NCBI GenBank assembly: GCA_033442325.1 | Contig: JAWQFM010000027.1 | Coordinates: 643,154 to 666,751, forward strand | Length of the DNA: 23,598 nt | Direction: 5' to 3' | Source: Salpingoeca rosetta | Lineage: Eukaryota > Protista > Choanoflagellata | In this document: in pieces, positions 18,496 through 23,598 of the stretch | Position numbering within the stretch: the first letter of the stretch is position 1 | Layout of the letters: each line of letters begins with the position of its first letter | Program-made: the position numbers and the translations under genes | Notes under the pieces: generated by a model | Databases searched by the model: none | What the model saw: the letters and a program-made list of their open reading frames with translations, nothing else | Told to the model about the DNA's origin: nothing

Positions 18496-18774
18496 ATGCC
18501 CAAGCGTCGCGTGTGCCGGATGTGCGGTCGCGAGATGGACGAGAACGGCAAAGTCCTCAAGCCCAGCAACGAGGCAACGGACCAGGAGCAAGCGCGTGCT
18601 GATGGCACGCACACGCGCCAAGACCAGGAGCAGCGTGGAGATTGCGATCCTTGGGCACCGCTGGGACGCCCGGGGCACGGCCACCGCCGCATGCTCTTGC
18701 TGCTGGCTGTTGTGCTGCTGCTGCTGCTGTTGCGTTTTCTTGATGGTGTGGGTTTCATGACCTGCCACCTGTGA
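18496..18774 (+). CDS. Small 92-aa protein with an N-terminal CxxC and a C-terminal hydrophobic helix (tail-anchor-like)
   Basis: GCCACC-ATG context just after a CA-rich intron acceptor (CCAG near 18476). Sequence MPKRRVCRMCGREM...RRMLLLLAVVLLLLLLRFLDGVGFMTCHL*. Confidence 0.5.
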   Translation: MPKRRVCRMCGREMDENGKVLKPSNEATDQEQARADGTHTRQDQEQRGDCDPWAPLGRPGHGHRRMLLLLAVVLLLLLLRFLDGVGFMTCHL

Positions 18775-18813
18775 GCGCGCGGGGGTGCAAGTGTGCGCTT
18801 GTTTGCACGCCTG

Positions 18814-19036
<223 letters not shown>

Positions 19037-19659
19037 CTGCTGTTCTCTCGTCGCCTCATGCGCACGCTGAGGCTCAGTCATCGATCATACTGTGGTTTGC
19101 ATTGTGTTGTGACCACATGATGTGATGAAATACACCAGCACAACCAGCACCTTAGGAATGCTTGAAAGGCAGTCGTGTGTGTGTCGGCGAAGAGAGGAGG
19201 ACAGCCCCGACGGCGAAGAGAGAGACGGAGGGAGGGGGAAACAAAACAGGATACACGATGTGCATGTGCTGCGTGGCGGAGAGGAGAGAGTGTGTGTGAG
19301 GGGGGGGGGGCCATGGAAGTAGATGGGATGGCTGCAAACGGGAGCTGGGCACGAGGGCTCTTGGCATCGTTGCGCAGTGCGCAAAGTCGGTGCAATTGGT
19401 GACAATAACGCACGAGAGTGCGTTGCACGCGTGCGCGCAAAGGCTCAGGCCACCGTGATGTGCCTGCCGTGCCTGCCGTTGCTGCTATGGCTGCTTCCTG
19501 AGAGAGCGGGTCTTGTTGGTCTTCTCAGTGCGCTGAGCTGGCTGCGGCATGGGACTGTGGACGGTGGACTTGACATTGGTGTCAGTGGCGTCCTGGATGA
19601 AGGGGGAGGGGCATGATGTGTGTGTGTGTGTGTGTGTGAGTGAGTGTGTGTGAGTGTGA

Positions 19660-19694
<35 letters not shown>

Positions 19695-20070
19695 TGAGGG
19701 AGAGACGAGAAGGAGAGTGGAGACGCTGAGCGATGTGAGGGCTGGGTGAAGGGGTGAGGAGTTGGGAGTGCACACAGAAACACGCATAGATACAAGCACA
19801 CACATGTACACAAACACATGCACACACACACACACACAAACACATGCACACACATGCACACACACACACACATGCACATGCACACACACTCACACACACG
19901 CGCACGCACCACAGACACACCTTCATCGAACCGCCGCCACTGTGGTCTGTCGATGTGTCTTCCTTTGCCTTGATGAATTTGATCCGTTTTCGGTTACACT
20001 CTCGTGTTTGCTTCTTGGCTGCGCCGTGTTTGAAGAGAGGGAAGTTGCTCGCGGCGATTAAGATGAATGA

Positions 20071-20144
20071 TCCCTTGTGGCGCAATTGGCTAGCGCGTTC
20101 GACTGTTAATCGAGAGGTTGCAAGTTCGAGCCTTGCCAAGGGAG
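20071..20144 (+). tRNA. tRNA-Asn(GTT)
   Basis: Acceptor TCCCTTG/CAAGGGA plus discriminator G; A-box TGGCGCAATTGG; anticodon arm TTCGA-CTGTTAA-TCGAG; T-arm GCAAG-TTCGAGC-CTTGC; 74 nt. Confidence 0.95.
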
Positions 20145-20148
20145 CACG

Positions 20149-20161
20149 TTTTTTTTTTTTT
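20149..20161 (+). terminator. Pol III oligo-T terminator of tRNA-Asn
   Basis: T13 starting 5 nt after the discriminator base. Confidence 0.85.
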
Positions 20162-20192
20162 GCATCCAGAAGTGTTTGAGCTGACTTTGACG

Positions 20193-23207
<3,015 letters not shown>

Positions 23208-23519
23208 TGCAAGCAGGACACATTCATGATGCAATGTTGGGCAATGTCATGCGCGTGACATTCTGTGTTGTTGCATTCCACGTGCGGTTGAGCGTCTTTG
23301 CCTGCTGTCAGCTTTGTGATTGTTGGTGTCGTGATATGCGCGTGATCCCTATCCCCCCTCCCCCAACAAGCAATTTCTCCTGCTCCTCTCGTTCATCCTC
23401 ATTGTTCCGTCGCACTCTTCAATTGTGGCAATGTGTTCACTTCACATTCCAAACATCGACGCAACAACAATAATGCTCCATCGCCACGGCCACGATCAAG
23501 CTGGTGGCTGGTTGTATTC

Positions 23520-23555
<36 letters not shown>

Positions 23556-23598
23556 CAGAGAGAGAGAGAGAGAGTGTGTGTGTGTGTGTCTACTGTGT

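Noticed and set aside
19445-19930. Small spliced minus-strand ORF (MK|DATDTNVKSTVHSP...)
   Set aside because: The splice signals are plausible, but the product is only about 37 aa with no motif. Not supportable as a CDS without expression data.

Overview
Eukaryotic, intron-rich genomic DNA with (CA)n/(CAA)n microsatellites and GT-AG introns. The style suggests a choanoflagellate such as Salpingoeca rosetta (inference only). The dominant structure is a pair of at least 2.1-kb, near-identical inverted repeats (1-2107, truncated by the window edge, and 7108-9175). Each arm carries an outward-facing, intron-containing tRNA-Gly(GCC) gene with an atypical acceptor stem. The arms enclose a 5.0-kb cassette with one gene, an LRR-ectodomain, single-TM, TKL-like receptor kinase. 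Its kinase lacks the exons for subdomains VIb-X at an intron containing a long (CA)n tract, while an orphan subdomain-XI exon remains out of phase. To the right are several co-oriented minus-strand orphan genes (one possibly spanning a 434-N gap), a small tail-anchored ORF, a tRNA-Asn(GTT), and an 8-exon gene fusing an NAD(P)-dependent DUF1932-type oxidoreductase to an FSH1/OVCA2-type serine hydrolase. Most ORFs in the supplied track are microsatellite artefacts.
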